DNA from: Deltaproteobacteria bacterium
Lineage (GTDB): Bacteria > Desulfobacterota > GWC2-55-46 > UBA9637
NCBI GenBank assembly: GCA_016219285.1
Contig: JACRNJ010000010.1
Span: 36,089-100,088 of the forward strand
Direction of reading: 5' to 3'
Length of the DNA stretch: 64,000 bases
Below the pieces are notes generated by a model. That model ran no database searches. It was not told where the DNA came from and worked only from the letters and a program-made list of their open reading frames with translations. The position numbers were made by a program, and so were the translations under genes. Shown in pieces: positions 18,192 to 27,000 of this stretch (the first letter of the stretch is position 1; every line of letters begins with the position of its first letter).

Positions 18192-19517
18192 ATGATGAAA
18201 CGGAGAAGCGGAGATAGGGAGAATCGGAGAAAGGGAAAGTCTTTATTCCCCGCTTCCCCGCTTTCCCGCTTCTCCGGTTCACGGTTTTCTGTCCCCGGTT
18301 TTAAAGCTGCCGGTATTGCCTGTGGCATCAAGCATGTCCCCGCAGGCTTTAAGCAGGGAAAGAACGGCAATAAAGACCTTGCCATGATATATTCGGAGTC
18401 GGCTGCTGTTGCAGCAGCCGTGTTTACAAAAAATAAAGTAAAGGCAGCGCCTGTCTTGCTTGATATGCAGAGGCTCAAAAAAGGTTTGTGTCAGGCAATA
18501 ATTATAAACAGCGGAAATGCAAATGCCTGCACAGGCAAAAAAGGCATGGAAGATGCGGCGCGGATGGCTGCGACAGTTGAAGATGTGCTTGGAATAAAAA
18601 AGGGTTTTGTCATGGTTGCGTCAACAGGCGTTATTGGACAGAATCTTCCGATTGACAAGATAGAAAAGGGGATCTCAAAACTTGTTTCGTCTCTTTCAGC
18701 AAAAGGGTGGAATGATGCGGTTCATGCCATTATGACCACAGATGCCTTTCCTAAAGCTGTGTTTGAAAAATGCAGGCTCGGCGGAAAAGAGATTTCTGTT
18801 TTAGGCATTGCCAAAGGCGCGGGCATGATATGCCCGGACATGGCTACTATGCTGGCGTTTCTGGCAACTGATGCTGCAATAGAACAAAAGACTTTGCAAG
18901 CGATGTTGAAGTTATCGGTTGATAATTCGTTTAACTGCATTACTGTTGACGGAGATACATCTACGAATGATACTGTGCTGATACTTGCAAATGGAAAGGC
19001 CGGGAATAAAGAAGTCAGGAGCCAGAAGTCAGGAGTCAGGAGTAAAGACTATAAAACCTTTTCTGAGATGTTGGAAAGAGCCTGTTTGAAACTTGCAAAG
19101 ATGGTTGTCATGGACGGCGAAGGCTCGACAAAGCTGTTGAAGCTTCATGTGAGCGGCGCAAAGACAGATAGTGACGCAAAAAAGATTGCTGAGACTGTTG
19201 CAAATTCGCCGCTTGTGAAGACGGCATTTTTCGGGGAAGACGCAAATTGGGGAAGGATTATGGCGGCAATAGGCCGTTCAGGCGCGGATATGAAACAAGA
19301 AAAGATTAATGTGTATTTCAATAATGTGCCTGTTGTAATGAAGGGGCAGGGGGCAGCATGCAAGGGGCAAGATAGAGAAAAGATGGCTGCAAAGGCTGTG
19401 AAGCAAAAAGAGGTTTGTATAAGGATTGAACTGGGTATGGGCAGGGGGATTGCAACTGTCTGGGCAAGCGATCTGTCGTATGAATATGTTAGGATAAATG
19501 CAGCGTACAGAACGTAG
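18192..19517 (+). CDS. argJ: Bifunctional ornithine acetyltransferase / N-acetylglutamate synthase
   Basis: VPGFKAAGIACGIK near the N-terminus, autoprocessing-region ATMLAF/TDA pattern, C-terminal SYEYVRINAAYRT. Start placed at ATG 18192, because the ORF-track start at 18105 overlaps secA and is unlikely. Confidence 0.9.
   Translation: MMKRRSGDRENRRKGKSLFPASPLSRFSGSRFSVPGFKAAGIACGIKHVPAGFKQGKNGNKDLAMIYSESAAVAAAVFTKNKVKAAPVLLDMQRLKKGLCQAIIINSGNANACTGKKGMEDAARMAATVEDVLGIKKGFVMVASTGVIGQNLPIDKIEKGISKLVSSLSAKGWNDAVHAIMTTDAFPKAVFEKCRLGGKEISVLGIAKGAGMICPDMATMLAFLATDAAIEQKTLQAMLKLSVDNSFNCITVDGDTSTNDTVLILANGKAGNKEVRSQKSGVRSKDYKTFSEMLERACLKLAKMVVMDGEGSTKLLKLHVSGAKTDSDAKKIAETVANSPLVKTAFFGEDANWGRIMAAIGRSGADMKQEKINVYFNNVPVVMKGQGAACKGQDREKMAAKAVKQKEVCIRIELGMGRGIATVWASDLSYEYVRINAAYRT
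18201..18276. repeat. Inverted purine/pyrimidine-rich array hairpin at the argJ 5' end
   Basis: cggagaagcggagatagggagaatcggagaaagggaaag ... ttccccgcttccccgctttcccgcttctccg. A related arm occurs at about 50905-50935. Confidence 0.65.
18330..18359 (+). repeat. PAGFKQG hairpin element, copy b (in frame in argJ)
   Basis: aagcatgtccccgcaggctttaagcaggga. Differs at two positions from the sense strand of the lysA copy. Confidence 0.85.
19012..19045. repeat. GTCAGGA-type heptamer array inside argJ
   Basis: aagtcaggagccagaagtcaggagtcaggagtaa, translated EVRSQKSGVRSK. No obvious complementary arm nearby. Confidence 0.6.
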
Positions 19518-19566
19518 TTGCCCATTTATGGGTGTGTTTAAGAACGCCGATAAATCGGCAGGCTGC
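19514..19566 (+). repeat. GTAG...CTRC REPIN-like doublet
   Basis: GTAG-ttgcccatttatgggt ... cgccgataaatcggcagg-CTGC. The GTAG overlaps the argJ stop codon. Confidence 0.75.
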
Positions 19567-19580
19567 AAACCGGAGGTTTT

Positions 19581-20003
19581 ATGGAAGGCTTGGCAAAAGA
19601 AGCAGACAGGTGGTTCAGGCAGGCGGAGAATGATATGAGGGCTGCAGATTGGTGTCAGCAGGGCGGCTTTTATGCACAGGCATGTTTCTGGGCGCAGCAG
19701 TCAGCGGCAAAGATGTTAAGGGCATTTCTCTTTATGAATAAGGAAGATGCAAAGGAAACCAGATCCGTGAGCGAGCTTCTTGAAAGATGCCTGACCTATG
19801 ATGAAGATTTTAAAACAGTTCTTGAAAACAGCAGCAGGCTGGACATCTATTATAAAACAACCCGTTATCCTGACACTCTTCCTGGCGGCATACCGGCAGA
19901 GCTTATTTCCAACAAAGATTCCAAGGAGGCTATCAAGATTGCGGCAGACATGCTGATCCTTGTAGAAGAAAAACGAAAGGTCTATGTGCCGGAGAAGATG
20001 TGA
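19581..20003 (+). CDS. HEPN-domain protein (solitary, no adjacent nucleotidyltransferase)
   Basis: 140 aa. WFRQAENDMRAA ... ACFWAQQSAAKMLRAFL ... YYKTTRYPD pattern of the HEPN (PF05168-type) family. Confidence 0.7.
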   Translation: MEGLAKEADRWFRQAENDMRAADWCQQGGFYAQACFWAQQSAAKMLRAFLFMNKEDAKETRSVSELLERCLTYDEDFKTVLENSSRLDIYYKTTRYPDTLPGGIPAELISNKDSKEAIKIAADMLILVEEKRKVYVPEKM

Positions 20004-20006
20004 TTT

Positions 20007-20079
20007 GTAGCTGCCGATTCATCGGCGTTTTCAAAAGCGCCCATGGGGCGCTCAACAGAAGGTTGGGTCGGGCAACTAC
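20007..20079 (-). repeat. GTAG...CTAC three-module REPIN-like element (inverse orientation relative to 34979-35055)
   Basis: GTAG-ctgccgattcatcggc-...-gcgcccatggggcgc-tcaacagaaggttgggtcgggcaa-CTAC. It is the reverse complement of the 34979-35055 element with a few substitutions. Confidence 0.8.
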
Positions 20080-20087
20080 AGCTAAAA

Positions 20088-20864
20088 ATGACAAATAGCC
20101 TGATGTATATCTTCAGCTTTATCTTCGGCTCTATTGTTGGCAGTTTCTTGAATGTCTGCATTTATCGTATTCCAGAAGACAAATCAATTATATTCCCTCC
20201 ATCATCATGTCCAAATTGCAATAAGCAAATTGCCTTCTACGATAATATTCCAATTATAAGCTATATTATTCTTCTAGGCAGATGCCGCAATTGTAAAAAT
20301 CCAATCTCACAGCGCTATCCTTTGGTAGAATTTTTAACAGGTTTTTTTTCCGTGATATTATTTAAGGCATTTGGTCTTTCAATAGAGATCCCAATCTACT
20401 TTGTCTTTGTATCAAGCCTCATTGTAATAACCTTTATAGACCTGCGATATCAGATAATACCGGATGTGATAACTCTTCCCGGCATTGCCGTTGGTTTTTT
20501 AGCTTCGTATTTTTTGCCGTACGGCATATTAAATTCCATGATTGGCATATTGGTTGGCGGCGGAAGCCTCTTGCTCGTGGCAGCTGGTTATCAACTTGTT
20601 ACAGGCAGAGAGGGTATGGGCGGTGGAGATATAAAAATGCTCGCAATGATAGGCGCATTTCTGGGATGGAAGGGTGTTATCATAACCATATTTACAGGCT
20701 CCTTTATCGGCGCTGTTGTCGGTTCTGCATTGATGCTGGCAAAAGGCAAGGATACTAAATATGCCATACCTTTTGGCCCTTTTCTTGCCGTTGGCGCAGT
20801 GGTCTCTCTTTTTTTTGGAGATGCTATTATAGATTGGTACATAATGGGTATATGGATGCGCTAA
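20088..20864 (+). CDS. pilD: Prepilin peptidase / N-methyltransferase (A24 family)
   Basis: Zinc-binding CPNC...CRNC pairs, catalytic-region GGGDIKML motif, multiple TM segments. Start moved to ATG 20088 because 20043-20087 is repeat sequence. Confidence 0.9.
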   Translation: MTNSLMYIFSFIFGSIVGSFLNVCIYRIPEDKSIIFPPSSCPNCNKQIAFYDNIPIISYIILLGRCRNCKNPISQRYPLVEFLTGFFSVILFKAFGLSIEIPIYFVFVSSLIVITFIDLRYQIIPDVITLPGIAVGFLASYFLPYGILNSMIGILVGGGSLLLVAAGYQLVTGREGMGGGDIKMLAMIGAFLGWKGVIITIFTGSFIGAVVGSALMLAKGKDTKYAIPFGPFLAVGAVVSLFFGDAIIDWYIMGIWMR

Positions 20865-20876
20865 AGGAGAGTCAGG

Positions 20877-20905
20877 GGCCTGTCCCTGCAGACTTTAAGC
20901 AAGGG
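20877..20905 (+). repeat. PAGFKQG hairpin element, copy c (intergenic)
   Basis: ggcctgtccctgcagactttaagcaaggg, embedded between gtcaggg and gtcagga heptamers. Confidence 0.75.
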
Positions 20906-20967
20906 TCAGGAAGTATAATGTTTTCCATGTCGCTTTCGGATATAATGGAAGAGGTGTCAAATTTTAG

Positions 20968-21480
20968 ATGAAATATGAAAAGGGATTTTCATTGATAGAG
21001 TTGCTTATAACCATTGCCATATTAGCCACATTATCGGCAATAGCGATATTATACATTCCTGATATGATGGATGGTTACAAGGTAAGAGGTGCTGGAAGAC
21101 TTGTTTATTCAGATATGCAGATGGCGAGATTAAGGGCAATAAAAGAAGGGAAGCAGTGGGCAGTGGAGTTTACAAGCGCAAGCGCCACGACCTATTGTGT
21201 TAAAAGTGAGGTTAATACAACCAACAATGCAATGGATGGTTTCAGCACAGGTTGCGCCACACCTAATGATACTATCGTTAAGACAGTAGATATCAATAAT
21301 GAGCATTCCGGAGTTACAGGCGATTCATCAAATGTCAGCAGCAACAGGGTAGAATTTAATCCTAATGGCACGGCGACAAGCGGCAGGATAATAATTTCCA
21401 AGGGGTCAAGGACACAATCACTCTGTCTTAATAGCAGCACTGGCAACATAAGGATTGTTAATGCATCAACCTGTTCATAA
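20968..21480 (+). CDS. fimT: GspH/FimT-family minor (pseudo)pilin
   Basis: Type IV prepilin N-terminus KG/FSLIELLITIAIL. GspH/FimT-like pattern downstream (RLVYSDMQMARLRAI). Confidence 0.7.
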   Translation: MKYEKGFSLIELLITIAILATLSAIAILYIPDMMDGYKVRGAGRLVYSDMQMARLRAIKEGKQWAVEFTSASATTYCVKSEVNTTNNAMDGFSTGCATPNDTIVKTVDINNEHSGVTGDSSNVSSNRVEFNPNGTATSGRIIISKGSRTQSLCLNSSTGNIRIVNASTCS

Positions 21481-21513
21481 GAAGGAGATAATATTAATAC
21501 GGTAAACAATAAA

Positions 21514-21981
21514 GTGATAAACAATAAAGGCTTTACCCTTCTTGAAGTTCTTATAGCAATTGTCGTTGTATCTATAGGCCTTTTGGCTGTGGCAGGTATG
21601 CAGACTATTGCAATAAGAGGCAATGCCTCTGCAAGTGAAGGAACCATTGCAATCCAACTTGCAGAGGAAATGGTTGACAGGATAAGGCTGAATGCAGGCG
21701 CTGCGCCTGCTATTTATAATGGCCTTGACACTAACGGCGGCACCTCCACCACTTGCGCCGGTTTGACTGCCCAAAATGATCCGGCCCTCGGTGACTGTAT
21801 CCAGTGGCGGTCAAGACTGCAGGATGTAAATTTAGGGCTTTCCAATGCAAGAGGGCAAGTTGCGGTGACAGCAGACTCTCCAATCAGCAAAACAGCAACA
21901 ATTACTGTTACAGTTACATGGGGCGCTGTTTCAACCAGAACTGTGCAGTTTATTACCATAATGGAGACATGGCTGACATAA
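21514..21981 (+). CDS. pilV: Type IV pilus minor pilin PilV
   Basis: GTG start. KG/FTLLEVLIAIVVVSIGLLAVAGMQ N-terminus typical of PilV. Confidence 0.75.
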   Translation: MINNKGFTLLEVLIAIVVVSIGLLAVAGMQTIAIRGNASASEGTIAIQLAEEMVDRIRLNAGAAPAIYNGLDTNGGTSTTCAGLTAQNDPALGDCIQWRSRLQDVNLGLSNARGQVAVTADSPISKTATITVTVTWGAVSTRTVQFITIMETWLT

Positions 21982-21984
21982 GGA

Positions 21985-22066
21985 AAATGCAAAAATGAAA
22001 AATGAAAAATTAAAAATTAAAAATAAAAATTTGCAATCTAAAATTTGCAATTTGCAATTTGCAATT
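21985..22066. repeat. A-rich and ATTTGCA heptamer tandem arrays at the pilW 5' end
   Basis: aaaatgcaaaaatgaaaaatgaaaaattaaaaattaaaaat ... aatttgcaatttgcaatttgcaatt. Encodes the unusually long PilW leader. Confidence 0.6.
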
Positions 22067-23086
22067 AAACAACAAGGCTTTTCCCTCGTTGAACTTTTAG
22101 TTGCAATGGTTGTTGCTTCAATTGTGGGTATGGCAGGGTATGTTATATTTTCATCCAGCAGCTGGTCTTATAAGGTTCAGGAGGATGTCTCTGAGGTACA
22201 GCAGAATGTGCGGGTGGCGACTGACATGCTTGCAAAGGATATAAGATTAGCTGGTTTTGGCCTGCCTGACCCGCCTTTTTCACTTACCATAGGCAGTCAA
22301 ACTTTCACATCTCCTATAACCGTTACTAACAGCTCAACAGGGCCTGATACAATAACGGTAGTTGGTATTGGATTTGAGGCAGGAACGCTCCTTATAGGCG
22401 CTGCTACTGATTGTAATAACAGCGGAACGGGTAAGATATGCCTTGATAGTGTTGAGAGCGCTAATAATTTTTTTGGCTCTTCGCCTTCTTATGTTTATAA
22501 TACCGATAAAAAATATATAAGCCTTAACGGCACAACTTTTATAGAACTCTCTATCACACAAACCGAGAGGACATCTGCCAAACTAACATTAGAAACTCCA
22601 TCTGCCCTTGACATAAACTACCCTGACGGCACCACTGTCTATATTATCCAGGCGATTACCTATACAATAAATACCGCCCTAACCGGATGCTCAGCAACAA
22701 ATCCATGTCTTGCAAGGCAAGACCTTGCTGGCAATAATACAGTCTTTGCTTCAGGCATAGAAGACATCCAGTTTGCCTATGGCATAGATGAAAGTCCGAG
22801 GGATGGGAAGTTAGATGACACTGCGGATGGAACTGCTGGTTATGCGGCTACAGATTTCCTCAATGCCCCGACAGACCCTTCCAGCATAATAGCAGTGAAG
22901 GCAAATATAGTGGGAAAGACAAGGAATACAGATTCAAGAGGGGGAACATTTAGAAGGCAATGTCTGGAAGACCGTTCTGCTGATACGACAACATGCGGCA
23001 CAGCGCAGGCGCCTGTAACTGACGGCTACAGACGCAGGGCGCTTACAAAGATGATAAAACTCAGAAATCCAAGACAAGGGGCATAG
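21995..23086 (+). CDS. pilW: Type IV pilus assembly protein PilW
   Basis: QG/FSLVELLVAMVVASIVGMAGY prepilin-like segment. Size and operon position fit PilW. The true start is uncertain because the leader is repeat-encoded. Confidence 0.7.
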   Translation: MKNEKLKIKNKNLQSKICNLQFAIKQQGFSLVELLVAMVVASIVGMAGYVIFSSSSWSYKVQEDVSEVQQNVRVATDMLAKDIRLAGFGLPDPPFSLTIGSQTFTSPITVTNSSTGPDTITVVGIGFEAGTLLIGAATDCNNSGTGKICLDSVESANNFFGSSPSYVYNTDKKYISLNGTTFIELSITQTERTSAKLTLETPSALDINYPDGTTVYIIQAITYTINTALTGCSATNPCLARQDLAGNNTVFASGIEDIQFAYGIDESPRDGKLDDTADGTAGYAATDFLNAPTDPSSIIAVKANIVGKTRNTDSRGGTFRRQCLEDRSADTTTCGTAQAPVTDGYRRRALTKMIKLRNPRQGA

Positions 23087-23111
23087 GAAGATTCAAGATT
23101 CAAGATTCAAG

Positions 23112-23684
23112 ATGAAAGCGGTGATTATTATGAAATTACTAAACAATGAAAGGGGCGCAATCCTTATCACCATGCTCCTCCTTATGGTCATTGTTACACT
23201 TATAGGGGTCATAGCCATAAATACAACAACAGTGGATATGCAGATAACAGGGAATTTAAAGAGGGTCTCAACAGCCTTTGAGGGCGCAGAGGCAGGGATT
23301 GACCTCGCCATTCCTATTATAGAAAATTCATTAGCATCTGGCCAGCTTACAACGTCAAACACGGCCATTTCAACTGCCTTTAATTTTACATCAGGTTCAG
23401 GAACCACTGCAAGTCTCGATACAACCAATTCGCCATCTCTTGGCGATGAAATAACAGGTAGTTCAAGTTATAATACTGATACTCCAAATTCATCCCCGCC
23501 GGATTTATCCATCACCAATCTCAACGGGGTTGCAGTCAATGTAGATATAGACCGGCTCTATTCATATGCGCTGCCAGGCGGTTCGCTTGAGTTTGCCGCA
23601 GGGTATGAAGGTGTTGGCGTAGGCGCCGCAGGAGGCGGCGCTGGTGTGCTTTATTCAATAGATAGCCAAGGAACAATAGAGTGA
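23112..23684 (+). CDS. pilX: PilX-like minor pilin
   Basis: ERGAILITMLLLMVIVTLIGVIAINTTTVDMQI matches the PilX N-terminal domain pattern. The start may be ATG 23130. Confidence 0.65.
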   Translation: MKAVIIMKLLNNERGAILITMLLLMVIVTLIGVIAINTTTVDMQITGNLKRVSTAFEGAEAGIDLAIPIIENSLASGQLTTSNTAISTAFNFTSGSGTTASLDTTNSPSLGDEITGSSSYNTDTPNSSPPDLSITNLNGVAVNVDIDRLYSYALPGGSLEFAAGYEGVGVGAAGGGAGVLYSIDSQGTIE

Positions 23685-23705
23685 TGATTTAGGAGAAAAC
23701 TCAAT

Positions 23706-24020
23706 ATGAAAAACAACAAATTATTATTAGTGTGCATGGTAATTTTAAGCATATTTTTAATAAGCAGCGAGGCGCTTGCAGCCTCTAAAATTATTAAGGG
23801 TAGGGGAACATTGACCTCAATAGAAGAGGATGGGACTGTTATAATTGATAAAAAAGGATATAATATAGACCCATCAGTAAAAATCATTGACAAGAAAGGA
23901 AAGAAGAGCGCCATTTATGGCATCTTCCCTCCAACTAAAGTATATTTTGAATACAAATATGATAGAAATGGGTTTGTTATAAAACGGATAAAGGAGTTTC
24001 CTGATGAGGTTCATAGATAA
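23706..24020 (+). CDS. Small secreted hypothetical protein within the pilus operon
   Basis: 104 aa with signal peptide (LLLVCMVILSIFLISSEALA). Tightly packed between pilX and pilY1. Confidence 0.5.
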   Translation: MKNNKLLLVCMVILSIFLISSEALAASKIIKGRGTLTSIEEDGTVIIDKKGYNIDPSVKIIDKKGKKSAIYGIFPPTKVYFEYKYDRNGFVIKRIKEFPDEVHR

Positions 24021-24034
24021 AAGGGCTGAACATT

Positions 24035-27000
24035 ATGAAAGTGAAAGGCCATAAAAATATCTTTAAAGGCGTCTGTCTGGCAATCATGTTTGCATGGTCG
24101 CAGGCATTGGCGCAAACCAATAGCGACTATACCTCTGTCCCGCCTTTTATAGGAACTGCTATTCAGCCCAATGTCCTTATAGTCCTTGATAACTCAGGGA
24201 GTATGTGCGACCAGGCTTATGCAGGGTCTTATAACGCATCCCAGTTTGCCAATGGGCAATACTACGGGTATTTTGACGGCTCAAAGAATTATAAATATAC
24301 CAACAATAACAGGTGGGAAGAAACAACAGATGCGATGACCACAGGCACTACTGCCAACCCCATTGCCAACGGAAGTTTTCTGAATTGGGCAACAATGCGC
24401 AGGGTTGAAGTGGCAAAAAAACTCTTAATCGGCGGCAAGGCAAATCCGCGTTCATGGAACGGTTCGGTTACTGTAAAGCTCACTGGCGAGACTGCCTGCG
24501 ACGACGACTGGGATTTTCAGAAAGACCATGATACCAGCGCAGGGGGCCTCATATATCCATTCGCAGGGAATTACCGTTTTAAGAGGGAGGGCGATGATTT
24601 GGAGATAAGCCCTATTAGCGGCGGTTCTAATACATTTTATATATATCCCAATTCTGATATCTCTGTCCCGTCAGGCTGGAGCGAGTATCCATCCGGTGGA
24701 ACTGTCACTGCATGGGATAAGGTTGATGAAAGTTCATCAGACGAAGACTCAACCTATATCCAGAATAACAATACCACCAGTCCTGTTATATTGGGTTACA
24801 GTTACACACAGGCAGAACCTGCCGGCGCTATTACTGTTACAGTAAAGGTCAGGGCAAAAAAGACAGACAGCGACAGCACGAGAAAGATACGAGGGGCGCT
24901 GAGGATAGATGGTGCTGATTATGCCTCTAATTATGTGAATTTAGACGACGACTATGATGCCTATTCATTTGCATGGACAAGCAACCCTGCAACAGGGGCG
25001 GCATGGAACTGGAATGAGATTAAAGGGACAGCCGCCTCAGGAAATTTACAAGGTTTTGGGGTTAAGGCTGATGGTAACTATACATCCAAATATCCCCGTG
25101 TGACACAGGTCTATCTTGATGTTTCTGTTACTGCCCCCTCTGGAGGGCCTTATAATACCATAGTTGACCGGGGGATGATAAATGCAACAGGGATTATAGA
25201 CAACCTGAGCAGTGATGTCAGGTTCGGGTTGGCGTATTATCAGCCTGAAAGCGCTAACCATGGCGGAAAGGTAGATACCCATGTTGATTTCAGCGCCTCC
25301 TCAAGCATGATTACCTCTATTAATAATAAGGTTCCCTCCACATCGACGCCCCTGGCAGAAACCCTTTATGAGATGACAAGATACTTTAGACAGGATGCGC
25401 CGTATTATAGTAATTCCCCTGCTGACTACCAGACAGGTATTAACTACGACCCTTATTATTTCAACTATTCAGACCCCGGCGCTACAGACCAGTATGCCCC
25501 TTGCGCTAAATCCTTTATCCTATTCCTTACAGACGGCGAATCAACGCGGGATACGAGCATTCCAGGAACATCTACATCTCCTCCGTACTCAGCATGCTCC
25601 CTTACAAATATAAAGGCATGCTCAGGTTACGGTGAGCTTCCAAACCCCAGATTTGCAGGCACACCTATTGGACAGACATATTCATCAGACGGGAGGGACT
25701 ATCTTATTGATGTCGCATACTGGGCAAGGACAAGCGATGCCCGTCCAGGCTCATGCACTGCTACCCCAACCTCATGGCAGCAGTGTCTGCCAGGCGCTCA
25801 GAATATAACCTTCTATTCTGTATTTATGTTTGGCACGGATTCTACTTTATTGAAGGATGCGGCAATATACGGCGGTTTTGAGGATATGAATGGCAATAAT
25901 AAGCCAGATTGTACTACAGAGCCGAGGGAGTGTTACAGGGATAGCGACGGCGACGGAACTGTGGAATCCAATGGTCAGGATGACCCGATTACATATTTTG
26001 AAGGCAATGATGGTTATCAATTAGAAACAAGCATCACAAACGCCATAGCGAGTATTTTAAAGAGGAGCGCATCAGGGACATCGGTTTCCATTCTTGCCAC
26101 CTCTGCTGAGGGAGAGGGCGCCCTCTATCAGGCATATTTCTACCCTGAAAAAATTATGTCAGATGCTACAAATAGGACATGGCTTGGCTATTGCAGGGGG
26201 CTTTTTGTGGATGTGGATGGAAACCTGAGGGATGATTATACCAATGGAGGCGCAAAGGATGCCGCGCTCATCTACTCGCAGGATAGAATCTTGAGGATGC
26301 GCCTTGACACCTCTACCAATGAGGTAAATACAGACCTTTATGTTGATGCAGATGAGAATGGACAGCCTGATGGTTCGCCCACAACAGCGCTGATTGATGA
26401 TGTTGCGGCGCTATGGGAGGCAGGCGAAAAGCTTGCCATGAGGGATAAGGGTACACGGAATATCTACACATGGATAGACAGCGACAATGACGGCGCGGTT
26501 GATAACGGCGATTTTGGCAGCCCTGCAGGCGAGGCAATGTTGTTTGCATCTGCAAATGCCTCACTTTTACAGCCTTATCTCCGCGCCTTGGATTCGACAG
26601 AGGCGGTAAATATCATAAACTTTATAAGGGGCTCTCATATTTCAGGTTACAGGAACAGGTGTCTGCCGATAACAGGGGCTTCTGCTGAATCAGGATGCTC
26701 ATCAGGAGAAAGGGTATGGACGTTGGGCGATATTATTTATTCAACGCCCACAACCGTTGGACCCACAAAGGAGCAGTACGACCAAATCTACGGTATAGCC
26801 TCATATACGGATTTCAGAAAAAAATATAACAATAGACGGCATATCGTGTATGTCGGCGCAAATGACGGCATGCTCCACGCCTTTAATGCAGGCATATATA
26901 TCCCGGGAGATAGAGCAGGCACTTCAGCTATAGAGCATGGCCGCTTTTTAGAAAACCCATCAAACAGCGACGGTATTGATACTGACGGTGATGGCGCTGA

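Noticed and set aside
17966-18478. 170-aa minus-strand ORF across the secA/argJ junction, and the 18105 start of the argJ ORF
   Set aside because: The ORFs owe their length to repeat sequence. The 18105 start would overlap 80 nt of secA. ATG 18192, just after the secA stop, is the sensible argJ start.
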